DNA from: Coprothermobacterota bacterium
GTDB taxonomy: Bacteria > Coprothermobacterota > Coprothermobacteria > Coprothermobacterales > Coprothermobacteraceae
Length of the DNA: 64,000 nt
Assembly (NCBI GenBank): GCA_036679065.1
Contig: JAZIGN010000003.1
Span: forward strand, 32,001-96,000
Direction of reading: 5' to 3'
Below the pieces are notes generated by a model. It was not told the DNA's origin. It did no database searches and saw only the letters and a program-made list of their open reading frames with translations. Positions 47,650-58,235 of this stretch are shown in pieces. A program made the position numbers and the translations under genes. Positions within the stretch are counted from its first letter, which is position 1, and the number at the start of each line of letters is the position of its first letter.

Positions 47650-48831
47650 ATGAATCCAAGAAAAGTCACCGATAATGTGTTCTTCGTAGGCGCACCAGAT
47701 TGGGATAGGCGCCTCTTTGACGCTTTGATCCCGCTGCCGCAAGGCACAAGTTACAACGCCTATTTAATAACCGGGCAAGAAAAAACTGCCCTCATCGATA
47801 CTGTGGATCCCACAAAGTGGGACGTTTTGAAAGCTTATTTGGAACAAATAAAAACCATCGACTACGTTATCATCCAGCACGTGGAACAGGACCACAGCGG
47901 ATCATTGCCCATGGTGCTTGAAAAGTACCCAAATGCTAAAGTGATCGCTAACAGCAAAGCCAAAGAGCTCATACTCACACATTTGCACGTGCCTGAAGAA
48001 AATATCCAAGTCATTGAGGATGGAGAGAAGCTGGATCTGGGAGGACTCACGCTCCAGTTCATATTTGCTCCATGGGTGCACTGGCCTGAAACCATGCTTA
48101 CGTACTTACCAGAAAGGAAACTCCTTTTTACTTGTGACTTCTTGGGCTCACATTTAGCCACATCTAGCCTGTTCATCGAAGATGAGCGCTTAGTTTATTT
48201 AGGAGCAAAGAGATATTACGCTGAAATCATGTCTCCGTTTAGAAACCTGATAAAGGGGCACTTAGAAAAAATAAAGAAACTGGACATAGATATGATTGCA
48301 CCAAGCCATGGCCCCATTTACCAAAACCCACAATTCATCGTAGAAGCTTATGAAGAGTGGATTTCTGACCAGCCCAAGAACATTGTTCTGATGCCCTGGA
48401 TTAGCATGCACGGCAGCACTCAAGCCATGGTGGAGTACCTCAGTAACAGACTCATTGAAAAAGGCGTGGAAGTGGAACCCTATGATATTTCAAAAGTGGA
48501 CTTAGGTGAGCTAACCATGGCAACAGTGGATGCCGCTACCATTATATTGGCAGCGCCCACCATCCTTACGAATATGCACCCCATGGCTGAACTGGTAGCT
48601 TACTGGGTAAGCATACTCAGGCCCAAGGCAAAGGCATACGGTTTCATCGGTTCTTACGGTTGGGGTGGCAAAACCCTTGAAACAGTCAAATCACTGTTTA
48701 GTGGCATAAAAGCCGACTTCTTTGAGCCCGTGATGGTAAAGGGCCTTCCCACGCAAGCTGACTATGAAGCACTGGATAAACTGGCTGATGCCATAGTGGA
48801 AAAACACAGAGTACTAGGGCTTTTGCCCTAG
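47650..48831 (+). CDS. fprA: flavodiiron protein (FprA/A-type flavoprotein)
   Basis: GTSYNAY, HVEQDHSG, HWPE, TCD, PSHG; flavodoxin SMHGST and GSYGWGG. Confidence 0.92.
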   Translation: MNPRKVTDNVFFVGAPDWDRRLFDALIPLPQGTSYNAYLITGQEKTALIDTVDPTKWDVLKAYLEQIKTIDYVIIQHVEQDHSGSLPMVLEKYPNAKVIANSKAKELILTHLHVPEENIQVIEDGEKLDLGGLTLQFIFAPWVHWPETMLTYLPERKLLFTCDFLGSHLATSSLFIEDERLVYLGAKRYYAEIMSPFRNLIKGHLEKIKKLDIDMIAPSHGPIYQNPQFIVEAYEEWISDQPKNIVLMPWISMHGSTQAMVEYLSNRLIEKGVEVEPYDISKVDLGELTMATVDAATIILAAPTILTNMHPMAELVAYWVSILRPKAKAYGFIGSYGWGGKTLETVKSLFSGIKADFFEPVMVKGLPTQADYEALDKLADAIVEKHRVLGLLP

Positions 48832-49268
48832 TACTCGTATTTGCGCACCAAGCGCGGATATTTCTTTTGAAAAAAGGGCGAAGAAACCACAAAGTCAGCA
48901 GTGGCTTTATCTGAAACTACCACCACGTTCCAGACTACAGCGATCCTAAGCAAAGCTTTAACGTCTGGGTCGTGAGGCATGGGCTCTAAGGGATCCCAGA
49001 AGAAAACAAGTATGTCCACACCATTATTCGCTATGAGTGAGCCCACTTCCTGATCGCCGCCCAAGGGCCCTGGCTTGAACTTGGTTATTTCCAACCCCAG
49101 CTTCTCCTCCAGTAGTGTACCTGTTCCCCAAGTGGCGTAAAGCCTGTGCTTCTTAAGTGTTTCCACGTTATAAGATGCCCAATCCAGCAGATCTTGTTTC
49201 CTGTTGTCATGTGCAATCAGCGCAATACGTTTGACCTCGCCCATTTCCACAATTTCTATTTCATCCAT
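48828..49268 (-). CDS. mgsA: methylglyoxal synthase
   Basis: IALIAHD, GPLGGDQ, DPLEPMPHDPDVKALLR. Confidence 0.95.
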   Translation of the reverse strand: MDEIEIVEMGEVKRIALIAHDNRKQDLLDWASYNVETLKKHRLYATWGTGTLLEEKLGLEITKFKPGPLGGDQEVGSLIANNGVDILVFFWDPLEPMPHDPDVKALLRIAVVWNVVVVSDKATADFVVSSPFFQKKYPRLVRKYEY

Positions 49269-49319
49269 GACAAATCCCCTCCTTTCTTGCTTTTAGTACG
49301 CCGAAGCTTGTACCCCCAC

Positions 49320-50561
49320 CTAAGTCGGTTGACGCTTCAAAGAAACCGACCAGACAATTGATATTACCATAATGAGCACCAAACTAAGCACACCGCTGAT
49401 GCCGAACGCCCAATCCACTCCAAGGTTTTGAGTAACCCACCCTGAAAAGTAACTGCCAAAAGGAGCAACCCCAACAAACATGAGGGAGTACAAGCTCATT
49501 ACCCTACCCCTAAACTCATCTTCGCTGTTTATTTGTATGGCCGTGTTGGACAAAGTGTTAAATGCTTGCATACAAATACCTGCCAGAAACAAAAACAGTT
49601 CTGCTAAAAACACACTCCTGCTTACAGACAAGGCAACTAAGGACAAGCTTAGACCGTAGGCCCCAAACCAATAGATGCGGTTTGTTCCTCCACGAGATCC
49701 TGTGGCGGACAAATACAAGGAAATGAGAAAAGCACCCAATCCCATGAAAGTCATTAAGGTACCGTAACCAGTCACGCCAATATTCAACTGTACTTTGGCC
49801 AATGTGGGCACCAATATGTTGAAGTTCATGGCGAGCAAGCTAAGAGTACCCATCATAATCAGGGGAAACATGATAGAAGGTCTCTTGCGAACGTACTTTA
49901 ATCCAGCTAAAACATCTTTCCATGCACCGCGTTTTGATGGCTGCAAATGTATGTGTGAAATGTCCATCATGTAGAGCCCCGCAATGACAGCTACAAAGCT
50001 CAATGCATTCAGATAAAAGCATATGGCTATACCCAGGGCGGCGATGAGAAAAGCCGCCACGCTTGGTCCCACAATGCGAGCCAAGTTAAATATCATGGAG
50101 TTCATGGAAATGGCTGAAGTCAAGTCCTTCTTGTCCACTATTTCAGCGTACAAAGACTGACGAGCAGGCATGTCAAAAGTATTGGTGAGTCCCAGAAGTG
50201 TAGCGAGAACAAGCACATGCCAGTATTTAACTATGCCCAATAGAGTAAGCGTAGCCAAGATAGCTGCCAAAATACCAAAACAGGTCTGAGTCACTAGCAA
50301 GACATTGCGCTTCGGGAAACGCTCCACGAAAGCTCCAGCAACCAACGAAAAGAGCAGCACTGGAAGAGTTTGTAACATGGTGACAATACCCAGCATGTAA
50401 GCAGAATTGTTAGTTAGTTCCAACACCAGCCAGCCCTGTCCCACATTTTGAATCCAAGTGCCAATAAGAGAAACCGCTTGACCAAACCAAAAAAGTTTAA
50501 AGTTCCTGTAACTTAGTGCAGGAAATGTCCTGTAAAGACGATCTAACCACTTCTCATTCAT
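49320..50561 (-). CDS. MFS transporter (DUF894/MFS_3-like)
   Basis: RNFKLFWFGQAVSLIGTW, PARQS, RGRVMS; 12 TM segments. Confidence 0.9.
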   Translation of the reverse strand: MNEKWLDRLYRTFPALSYRNFKLFWFGQAVSLIGTWIQNVGQGWLVLELTNNSAYMLGIVTMLQTLPVLLFSLVAGAFVERFPKRNVLLVTQTCFGILAAILATLTLLGIVKYWHVLVLATLLGLTNTFDMPARQSLYAEIVDKKDLTSAISMNSMIFNLARIVGPSVAAFLIAALGIAICFYLNALSFVAVIAGLYMMDISHIHLQPSKRGAWKDVLAGLKYVRKRPSIMFPLIMMGTLSLLAMNFNILVPTLAKVQLNIGVTGYGTLMTFMGLGAFLISLYLSATGSRGGTNRIYWFGAYGLSLSLVALSVSRSVFLAELFLFLAGICMQAFNTLSNTAIQINSEDEFRGRVMSLYSLMFVGVAPFGSYFSGWVTQNLGVDWAFGISGVLSLVLIMVISIVWSVSLKRQPT

Positions 50562-50657
50562 GATTTGGCATCACCAGCTTAGCTCTTGAATGTTTCTAAT
50601 TTTAAATCAAGGTAGAGAATGCTACGTTAACACAGTTAATCCTATAATTAAAAGGAC

Positions 50658-51308
50658 ATGCTCATAGCAGCCAGTTCAGACATACACAGTCCAAAATACA
50701 TCAGGCTTTTCATTGACAGCATAAGAAACTTGCCTGTGCCAGATTTGTTTCTACTTGCGGGTGATTTGGTTCTAAGAGGCGCCGCAGGCGCTTTTGACCT
50801 GATCCATGAAGAAGTCCGTCAGAACTGGGAAGATGTTCCCGTGGTCGCCATATTTGGCAACGAAGAATTTGAAAACACGAAAAGAAAACTGAAAAGGGAA
50901 TACTCTGACATAATCTGGCTTGACGATGAACAAGTACAGGTAAAAGGCGTTGACATTTTCGGTACTACGGGAGTACTTGATGAGCCCACGGCTTGGCAAA
51001 GCAAAGCCGTACCAGGTATTACCAAGATTTACGAAAATCGCATGGAAAAGATCGAAACCTTCGCTTCAAAGCACCCTAATTCCATATTGCTGACCCATTA
51101 TGCTGTGGGCACATACACCATTGACCCAGTACCTAATCCACTGCAACTCACCTCAGAAAAACTTCTCCAAAGTCTTTTAGACCTTCCCATTACTGTGATT
51201 CATGGACACTGTCACTATGCACCCCAATGGATGTACAAAGAGGAGAACCTAACCATTTACAATGTGGCACTACCACTACATAGAGGAATAGTTTTACTCA
51301 ACGTGTAA
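50658..51308 (+). CDS. metallophosphoesterase
   Basis: SDIH, AGDL, GNEE, THY, HGHCH. Confidence 0.85.
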   Translation: MLIAASSDIHSPKYIRLFIDSIRNLPVPDLFLLAGDLVLRGAAGAFDLIHEEVRQNWEDVPVVAIFGNEEFENTKRKLKREYSDIIWLDDEQVQVKGVDIFGTTGVLDEPTAWQSKAVPGITKIYENRMEKIETFASKHPNSILLTHYAVGTYTIDPVPNPLQLTSEKLLQSLLDLPITVIHGHCHYAPQWMYKEENLTIYNVALPLHRGIVLLNV

Positions 51309-51360
51309 GTCAGACACACTTAGGAGAATATGAAAAGCTAATTAGCTGAAGGAGGCGACT

Positions 51361-51792
51361 ACGAACAAATTTCTTTTACTCTTGGCAATGACTCTGCTGA
51401 TGCTGTGTCTGTGCAGTTGCCCCAGTTCGAATACAGAGAAGCTAAATAACGAGGTAGTTCTCAGCTTTGTAAACCAGTGTAACACAGCGATTTATGGCTT
51501 GCACGTGGAGTACTATATAGAAGACGAAGCCGTCGGTGGTCAGTTGGTTTCGGTCAATTCCGACATGGACACACCCTTTCAAAAAGATCAAACCATCAAC
51601 ATGTATCTGATACAAAAGGACTTCCCAGAAAATGCCGACTTAGACAATTTCGGAATGCTGGTGTTAATTGTGTTAGAAAACAAAAGCGAAGCGGGAGTAG
51701 GTAACAAAATTAGCCTTCCTGTGGAATTTGGTAAGAACTACCAATTTTTGTTGATAGAAAATAATGGCAACTGCTCCATAGAACGACCATAA
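51361..51792 (+). CDS. putative lipoprotein with apparent ACG start codon
   Basis: AAGGAGG SD, then ACG-AAC-AAA-TTT..., giving (M)NKFLLLLAMTLLMLCLCSC with a lipobox-like LCSC. Confidence 0.6.
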   Translation, partial: TNKFLLLLAMTLLMLCLCSCPSSNTEKLNNEVVLSFVNQCNTAIYGLHVEYYIEDEAVGGQLVSVNSDMDTPFQKDQTINMYLIQKDFPENADLDNFGMLVLIVLENKSEAGVGNKISLPVEFGKNYQFLLIENNGNCSIERP

Positions 51793-51847
51793 GCACTTAA
51801 AGCTCACTTTTGGTGAATCTTTGTTCTTTGCTAAACTTATAACTGGC

Positions 51848-52768
51848 ATGGCAAAGTTCGAAATTGTTGAGAATCACCCCAAATGGGATCAGTTTGTGGC
51901 AAAGCTTGAATGTCCGTCGCCATTCGCCACCAGCTCCTTTTTAAAGTTGGTGGACACTTGTTATGATGGACAAAGTTTCACCTTATCGGTGGTCTCATCT
52001 GGGAACATATTTATGGGTGCCGCACTGAGAAAAGTAGGAAGGCACATAAGGCCTGCACCGCCCATGACTTACATGCCCCTAATTTATGATAAACTAAGCC
52101 ATCGCACCCTTCTGGACGCTCAGATCGCCTTGGGCGAGTACTTGAAGAAAAACTTTTCTGTTATCCACTACATATCGGCTACAAGCTTTTTTCAGGACGT
52201 GCGTGGCTTCCAAAGAGAAGGTTTTGGAATGCAGGTGCTGTACACTGCTCTGAGCGACCTAAAAGATTTCGACATCATGAAAGTGGAGCAGAAACAACGT
52301 AACATCATCTACAAGGCACAGAGAGAGAACATAGCAGTGGAAGAGACCCGCGACATGGAACCTCTTTGGGATATTTACATAAGCACTTTCGACCGTAAAT
52401 CCATTGAACCACCTTACTCAAAAGATTTCTTCATGGCACTTCCGGAACTGGGAGAAAAAATTAGGATTTACACAGCAAAGAAAGATGACGGACGACTGGT
52501 GGGGTTTGCAGCCATATTATTGCAAGGCAAATGCGCTTACTACTATGTTTCTGGAAACACCCATGAAGGGCTTTCGCTGGGCGCTTCACCGCTGCTCATG
52601 TTCACCATTTTGGAGAAGCTTAAGAAGGAAGGCTACTCGTATTTTGATTGGTGCGCTATTAACTTGCCGCGCCTTGCCAATTTCAAGTTATCTTTTGGAA
52701 GCAAAGCCGTACCGTATTTCGCTCTGTATTACGAGCCAAAGTGGCTCAGGATGCTTAAAGCACGGTAA
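51848..52768 (+). CDS. GNAT-fold (FemAB-like) transferase
   Basis: RNIIYKAQR, YYYVSG, YFDWCA, FKLSFG, typical of FemAB/GNAT_6 proteins. Confidence 0.75.
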   Translation: MAKFEIVENHPKWDQFVAKLECPSPFATSSFLKLVDTCYDGQSFTLSVVSSGNIFMGAALRKVGRHIRPAPPMTYMPLIYDKLSHRTLLDAQIALGEYLKKNFSVIHYISATSFFQDVRGFQREGFGMQVLYTALSDLKDFDIMKVEQKQRNIIYKAQRENIAVEETRDMEPLWDIYISTFDRKSIEPPYSKDFFMALPELGEKIRIYTAKKDDGRLVGFAAILLQGKCAYYYVSGNTHEGLSLGASPLLMFTILEKLKKEGYSYFDWCAINLPRLANFKLSFGSKAVPYFALYYEPKWLRMLKAR

Positions 52769-52901
52769 CAAAGTAGGACCCGCTCAGAAAAAATAGACAT
52801 GGTTTCTATCCCCTCGCACTTTCTAGGCACTTAAATAAGCAAGATTACAGGACAATAACTCCTTAGCACAAAAACAAGTCAAAGCACAGTTCTTTTCTGG
52901 A

Positions 52902-53945
52902 TCACTGCCTAATAATGTCGGCGAAAACCTCCACAGCTTTTATCGCGTCGTCGCTGGTTATCCCGTAGTGAGTCACTAAGCGCAGTGTTTTAGGACTGTT
53001 GGCATTCGCAAGTACGCCTCGTGTTTTGAGCTCTTTTTCCACAGTATGAACGTCTTTGCCAGTGGGTGTCACGTCCACCACAACCATGTTAGTTTCCACT
53101 TCTTCAGGATTGACACCGTAGCCAAGTTCCTGCAGTTTCACTGCCAGCAGTTTTGCGTTATCGTGGTCTTCCTGCAAGCGATCAACCATCTTTGTTAGTG
53201 CAATGATGCCAGCAGCAGCCAGTATTCCAGCCTGGCGCATACCACCGCCAAGCATTTTCCTATTTTTTCTAGCTCTGTCGATAAAGTCCTTGCTCCCAAC
53301 CACCATGGAACCCACAGGTGCACACAAACCCTTGGACAGGCAGAACATGACAGAATCAGCGTATTTTGCATATTCACTAGCTGGTATACCACTGGCAACC
53401 TGGGCATTGAAAATGCGTGCTCCATCCATGTGCACGCTAAGGCCGTTGCTATGGGCGATATCAGAAATGGCTTTCACGTTGTCCAAGGGAAGTACTTTGC
53501 CACCGCCACGATTATGGGTGTTTTCCAAAACAACCAAGGACGTTCTCGGGAAGTGAATGTTGCCACGTTCCCTGATAGCTCTTCTCACATCATCGGGGTC
53601 CATGACACCACGCTTGCCGGGTACGGGGCAAGCCTGAACACCGCTCAAGACAGCCATGGCTCCCACTTCATAGTAATAAACGTGACTCTCAGCTTCCATG
53701 ATGACTTCGTCCCCTCGCTGAGTGTGAGTCATCACGCTAACCTGGTTACCCATGGTTCCTGAAGGAACAAATAAAGCTGCTTCCTTACCCAGGATCTTTG
53801 CAGCCAAGCTTTCTAATTCCTGAATGGTGGGGTCCTCACCGTAAACATCATCGCCCACTTCTGCTTCAGCCATGGCACGCCTCATTTCTTCCGTGGGAAG
53901 CGTTACCGTGTCTGACCTTAAGTCGATAAAATCCAAAGTACTCAT
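52902..53945 (-). CDS. ltaE: low-specificity L-threonine aldolase
   Basis: [39 protein letters not shown]. Confidence 0.95.
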   Translation of the reverse strand: MSTLDFIDLRSDTVTLPTEEMRRAMAEAEVGDDVYGEDPTIQELESLAAKILGKEAALFVPSGTMGNQVSVMTHTQRGDEVIMEAESHVYYYEVGAMAVLSGVQACPVPGKRGVMDPDDVRRAIRERGNIHFPRTSLVVLENTHNRGGGKVLPLDNVKAISDIAHSNGLSVHMDGARIFNAQVASGIPASEYAKYADSVMFCLSKGLCAPVGSMVVGSKDFIDRARKNRKMLGGGMRQAGILAAAGIIALTKMVDRLQEDHDNAKLLAVKLQELGYGVNPEEVETNMVVVDVTPTGKDVHTVEKELKTRGVLANANSPKTLRLVTHYGITSDDAIKAVEVFADIIRQ

Positions 53946-54022
53946 CCTCCTTTTGCTTTACAGCTTATTTTAAACCGTACCGTGGCACCCCTGCACAATG
54001 GCCAAGTAATGCTCTTTGCTTC

Positions 54023-54067
54023 AAAAAACAGAAGGGCGGCTTCCCTTACCTGGAAGCCGCCCTTCTG
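54023..54067 (-). terminator. intrinsic terminator downstream of gdhA
   Basis: Perfect 16-bp stem CAGAAGGGCGGCTTCC/GGAAGCCGCCCTTCTG, 7-nt loop, T6 tail on the minus strand. Confidence 0.9.
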
Positions 54068-54151
54068 AGGAGAGAGAAAAGATCTCTTTTAAGAAGTATG
54101 TTTGCTTCTAGTACGCTTGTGCAGTACGACCGCTATTGGGCTATGTATTGA

Positions 54152-55402
54152 TTACACCCAACCTCTTGCTTTCATGGCCTCGTAAACGCGCTTGATGGAG
54201 ATCATGTAAGCAGCCGTACGCATGTTCACTTTGTACTGCTGTGCCAGGTCGTAAACAGCCTTGAAGGCATCAACCATGCCCTCTTCCTGGCGCTGCTTTA
54301 CTTCTTCTTCAGTCCAATACAGATTCGTCAGGTTCTGTACCCACTCAAAGTAAGAAACCATGACTCCACCAGCATTGGTCAAAATGTCCGGGCACACGAA
54401 GATGCCCTTGCTGTCCAAAATCTTGTCTGCTTCAGGAGTAACTGGGCCGTTAGCCCCTTCCACGATCATCTTTGCCTTTATGCTATCGGCGTTATCAGCT
54501 GTGATCTGGTTCTCAAGAGCACATAGCGCCAATATGTCAACATCCAGGCTGAGCAATTGTTCATTATTAATGGACGTGGTGCCAGGGAAGTTCACAACGG
54601 AGCCAGTCTTCTTCACATGCTCCATGAGTTTTTCTACATCGATACCGTCTTTGTTGTAAATGCCTCCGAATACGTCGGTGACAGCGACTACCTTTCCGCC
54701 TAAGCGGTGCAGGTAAAGTCCACTGTAGCTACCCACATTGCCGAAGCCCTGCAGAGCCACTGTGCACTTGTTAAAGTCCATGCCCAAACGTTTTGCGCCT
54801 TCTCTTGCAGTTAAAGCCACACCATAACCAGTGGCATCAGTGCGTCCCTTTGAACCGCCAAGTATGAGGGGCTTACCCGTTATCACACCAAAGCTGTTAT
54901 GCCCCATTATCTTGCTGTATTCGTCTACCATCCAACCCATGATCTCGGCGTTGGTACCCACGTCTGGTGCTGGGATGTCCAGCTCAGGACCCACTATGGT
55001 TGCAATGGCTCTAATGTACCCACGGCTGAGCTGCTCCAATTCTCTCTTTGAAAGCTTTGTAGGATCAACACACACTCCACCCTTACCGCCACCGTAGGGC
55101 AGACTCAAGACTCCACACTTGAACGTCATCCACATGGACAAAGCCTTTACTTCGTCCAAGTTAACATTCTGGTGAAACCTTATACCGCCTTTTGTGGGGC
55201 CCAAAGCATCATTGTGCTGGGACCTCCAGCCTTTGAACACTCTTAAGCTGCCATCGTCCATCCTAACAGGAATGGAGACCTCCATGACACGCATAGGCTC
55301 TTTTAACATTTCATAGACCGCAGGGTCCAAACCCAATAGGTCGCAAGCAGCCTTAATCTGTTTTTGCGCATTGACCAATGGGTTAAGAGATTCTGTTGAC
55401 AT
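54152..55402 (-). CDS. gdhA: glutamate dehydrogenase (Glu/Leu/Phe/Val family)
   Basis: GPTKGGIRF, GGGKGG, DIPAPDVGT, QGFGNVG, EGANGP, SYFEWVQN. Confidence 0.95.
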   Translation of the reverse strand: MSTESLNPLVNAQKQIKAACDLLGLDPAVYEMLKEPMRVMEVSIPVRMDDGSLRVFKGWRSQHNDALGPTKGGIRFHQNVNLDEVKALSMWMTFKCGVLSLPYGGGKGGVCVDPTKLSKRELEQLSRGYIRAIATIVGPELDIPAPDVGTNAEIMGWMVDEYSKIMGHNSFGVITGKPLILGGSKGRTDATGYGVALTAREGAKRLGMDFNKCTVALQGFGNVGSYSGLYLHRLGGKVVAVTDVFGGIYNKDGIDVEKLMEHVKKTGSVVNFPGTTSINNEQLLSLDVDILALCALENQITADNADSIKAKMIVEGANGPVTPEADKILDSKGIFVCPDILTNAGGVMVSYFEWVQNLTNLYWTEEEVKQRQEEGMVDAFKAVYDLAQQYKVNMRTAAYMISIKRVYEAMKARGWV

Positions 55403-55539
55403 ATGGTCACCTCCAAACAGTTACATTTTACACAATTGGCTTTCTAAAACCAAGTTAATTTTAACATAAAACTCACATAAAACGCTTATGCAAATAACAC
55501 TCTGAGAAGCGAAATCATAATGCATTTAGCATTAGTACT

Positions 55540-56388
55540 TTAGGCTTTTGCAACGGCCGTCGTAGTAGCATATAGGCCCAAACAAATCAATGCACCACCC
55601 AATGCAATCTGCCATGAAAGCGTCTCACCGAACAAGAAACTAGACGCCACTGTGGCAATGACAGGTTCCCCAAGAAGTGCCACAGAAACTACAGAAGCAG
55701 GCAAGTTACTTAAGGCATAGTTTATCAGAGTATTACCACCCAGTTGAGGTCCCAGAGCTAAAGCCAAAACAAAGGGGACATCATGGCGCTGCAGAAGAAA
55801 ACCCTGCCCAAGCAGAAGCACAGCAAGAGCAAGCCACATGGAAGTGAAAAAGAAGAGGCTGTAGGTGAGAACAGAACTACTGCTCATACTCCTACTGCTC
55901 ATGCGGGTCATAGTGACATAAAGGGCCAAACCAAAGCTGGCTCCCAAAGCCATGAGATCACCAACATGGATCTGAATAGCCGAAGGCTGCAGAGTCATCA
56001 CTGCGGCTCCTGAAACACCTAAAGCAATACCCAACCACCCTTTGTTACTCATGGGCTCCTTTAAGAACACGGTGCTCATCACACCCACCCACAGAGGTGC
56101 CATGTTCACAATAAAAGTAGCATGAGCCACCGTAGTAAAACGGAGTGAATAGAACCAAAGTACAAAATCCAAAGTCAATCCCAAAGTTGCCACAATTAGA
56201 GGTAGAGAAAAATTGTGTCGCCACCAAAGAAAGAAATCTTTAGCCCAAAAAGGCGTAACCACCAGGGTAGCAATGAAAACCCTGTAAAACGCTATGGTCG
56301 CAGGAGGCGAAGCAGTGGCTTTTACCAGGAGTGAGGAAACAGAATAAAACAAAACGCCGCCCAGCAATGCTTGCCAAGATTTTTTCAT
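55540..56388 (-). CDS. EamA/DMT family transporter
   Basis: Ten TM segments; IAFYR, FLKE, GEPV. Confidence 0.85.
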   Translation of the reverse strand: MKKSWQALLGGVLFYSVSSLLVKATASPPATIAFYRVFIATLVVTPFWAKDFFLWWRHNFSLPLIVATLGLTLDFVLWFYSLRFTTVAHATFIVNMAPLWVGVMSTVFLKEPMSNKGWLGIALGVSGAAVMTLQPSAIQIHVGDLMALGASFGLALYVTMTRMSSRSMSSSSVLTYSLFFFTSMWLALAVLLLGQGFLLQRHDVPFVLALALGPQLGGNTLINYALSNLPASVVSVALLGEPVIATVASSFLFGETLSWQIALGGALICLGLYATTTAVAKA

Positions 56389-56467
56389 TTAAAATGCACC
56401 TCCAAGTGGTGTACACATGCAAATGCACTTTCACCTCTGCTCTGCGTATCTTTCTGCTTTTTCACAA

Positions 56468-57136
56468 CTACATCTGAGTGAGTACGTAAAGACCTAAAGC
56501 TAACAAAATGAGCGATGAAGCCCATTCCAACAAAGGGACAAGTTTGTCCTTGTACTCTTTTACCTTGGTAACGTCCATGAGGAAGTGCGCTGCCAATGTG
56601 ATAACCACCAGCGGCAAAACAACAATGGCATTGTACAGAGCCAGCCACACATACGCTTTCATCCGCACAGCCACGATATCATGGCTAAGCAAAGTCAAGA
56701 TTACGTAGTAAGGACCACTACTGCAGGGCATGAGAATAAAACCCGCCAAAAGACCGCCCACCAACGCGTACCAAACATTGCCTTTCCTTAAATAGCCCCC
56801 CACTATGGGCCTGAGGGGTGCCGGAGTGAGTTTTAGCTCTTCACCCTTCAAAGTATAAACCATGCGTGGCACCGCAAGTAGTATGGCTGCTATGCCCACA
56901 ATGATCCTTATACTGGCTATGTATTTGAAAATATGAGCAACGAATATCCCATAAAAGAAATAGCTAATAGCAACTCCCAGAGAAAATGTCAAACCAATGC
57001 TGAGCACCTTTTCCTTACCATAGGCAAAAATTATGTGCAGGAGAGCCATAGTAAGTATGCCAATCTCACAAGGATTGACGCTATCAGCTAATGCAGCACT
57101 GACTACCACCCACAGGGATATCTTGTCCACAGACAC
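56468..57136 (-). CDS. CcdA/DsbD-beta-like transmembrane disulfide reductant transporter
   Basis: DSVNPC and MPCSSGPY Pro-Cys motifs in a 6-TM protein. The true start may be the GTG at 57130. Confidence 0.7.
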   Translation of the reverse strand: MSVDKISLWVVVSAALADSVNPCEIGILTMALLHIIFAYGKEKVLSIGLTFSLGVAISYFFYGIFVAHIFKYIASIRIIVGIAAILLAVPRMVYTLKGEELKLTPAPLRPIVGGYLRKGNVWYALVGGLLAGFILMPCSSGPYYVILTLLSHDIVAVRMKAYVWLALYNAIVVLPLVVITLAAHFLMDVTKVKEYKDKLVPLLEWASSLILLALGLYVLTQM

Positions 57137-57176
57137 ATTTTACCTTAGAAGCTTATGCATCTATAATAGTAGGAGT

Positions 57177-57734
57177 ATGAATTTCAGTCTGCTAAACCTT
57201 TTTCTGGTATTCATAAAGGTCGGTACATTGACCATCGGTGGGGGCTATGTCATGGTCCCCATATTCTTAGAAGAAATTGTCAGTAAACGTCATTGGATTA
57301 GTGAGGAAGAGTTCTTTAGAGTGCTTTCCATAGCGCAGGTATTCCCAGGTCCCATTGCAGTCAATCTAGCTGTAGCTTCAGGTTATCAGCTAGCTGGACT
57401 CGCTGGATCCGTAGTTGCTGCTTTGGGAGCCACACTGCCATCTCTGGTGATCATTTTGATAATAGCTATCTTTTTCAAACAGGCCTATACACTTTGGTGG
57501 GTGCAAGGATTGTTCTTCGGACTTCGACCTGCCGTGGCAGCACTCATGGTAGCCGCTGTATGGCAGCTGTTTACCAAAAGGCATTGGAAAGTCCCTTCAC
57601 TCATATTGGTGCTGGTAATAACACTGATCATATTCGCCTTGGGAATTAACCCAGCCTGGGTCATCTTGGTTTATTTAGGAGGACTGCTAACGTGGATATT
57701 TTATTGGAACTGGCAAAAGCGTTCCTACAAATAG
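57177..57734 (+). CDS. chrA: short-chain chromate transporter, subunit 1
   Basis: TIGGGY, AQVFPGPIAVN; AGGAG SD before the ATG at 57177. Confidence 0.88.
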   Translation: MNFSLLNLFLVFIKVGTLTIGGGYVMVPIFLEEIVSKRHWISEEEFFRVLSIAQVFPGPIAVNLAVASGYQLAGLAGSVVAALGATLPSLVIILIIAIFFKQAYTLWWVQGLFFGLRPAVAALMVAAVWQLFTKRHWKVPSLILVLVITLIIFALGINPAWVILVYLGGLLTWIFYWNWQKRSYK

Positions 57735-58225
57735 GCGTCTTCTCTTTTGGTGGCGGCTACGCCATCGTGGCACTTATTCGTTACGTAGTGGTACAGCAGT
57801 ATGCATGGCTCACCGACTTAGAGTTCTTGGACGTGCTTGCCGTATCGCAGATAACACCAGGCCCCATTGCCATAAACACAGCTACGTTCGTGGGCTACCT
57901 CATGGGAGGCATTTGGGGCAGCATTGTGGCAACATTCTCCTCCATTGCAGTACCTTTCCTCTTGGTTTATTCCATGTCCAGCTTGCTCAACAAGGTTAAT
58001 CCCGTCTACCTGGATATGTTTTTTGACAACATAACACCTTTAACTTTTGGATTGGTCATAGCAGCCACATTGAGCATATTGAAGTCCTCAGTGACCAACT
58101 ACTATGGAGTTGGCATTTTCCTTTTCGCGCTTCTTCTAAAACAAAGAACAAAACTGAACAGTGCTCTAATTCTGCTCATAAGCGGACTGCTGGGAGAAGT
58201 AGTTTACCTCCTTGTTGTCCACTAA
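57692..58225 (+). CDS. chrA: short-chain chromate transporter, subunit 2
   Basis: SFGGGY, SQITPGPIAIN; AGGAGG SD. Confidence 0.88.
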   Translation: MDILLELAKAFLQIGVFSFGGGYAIVALIRYVVVQQYAWLTDLEFLDVLAVSQITPGPIAINTATFVGYLMGGIWGSIVATFSSIAVPFLLVYSMSSLLNKVNPVYLDMFFDNITPLTFGLVIAATLSILKSSVTNYYGVGIFLFALLLKQRTKLNSALILLISGLLGEVVYLLVVH

Positions 58226-58235
58226 AAACAACAAT

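Noticed and set aside
55415..55460. CodY- or Rex-like imperfect palindromes upstream of gdhA
   Set aside because: Too many mismatches to either consensus to support by eye.
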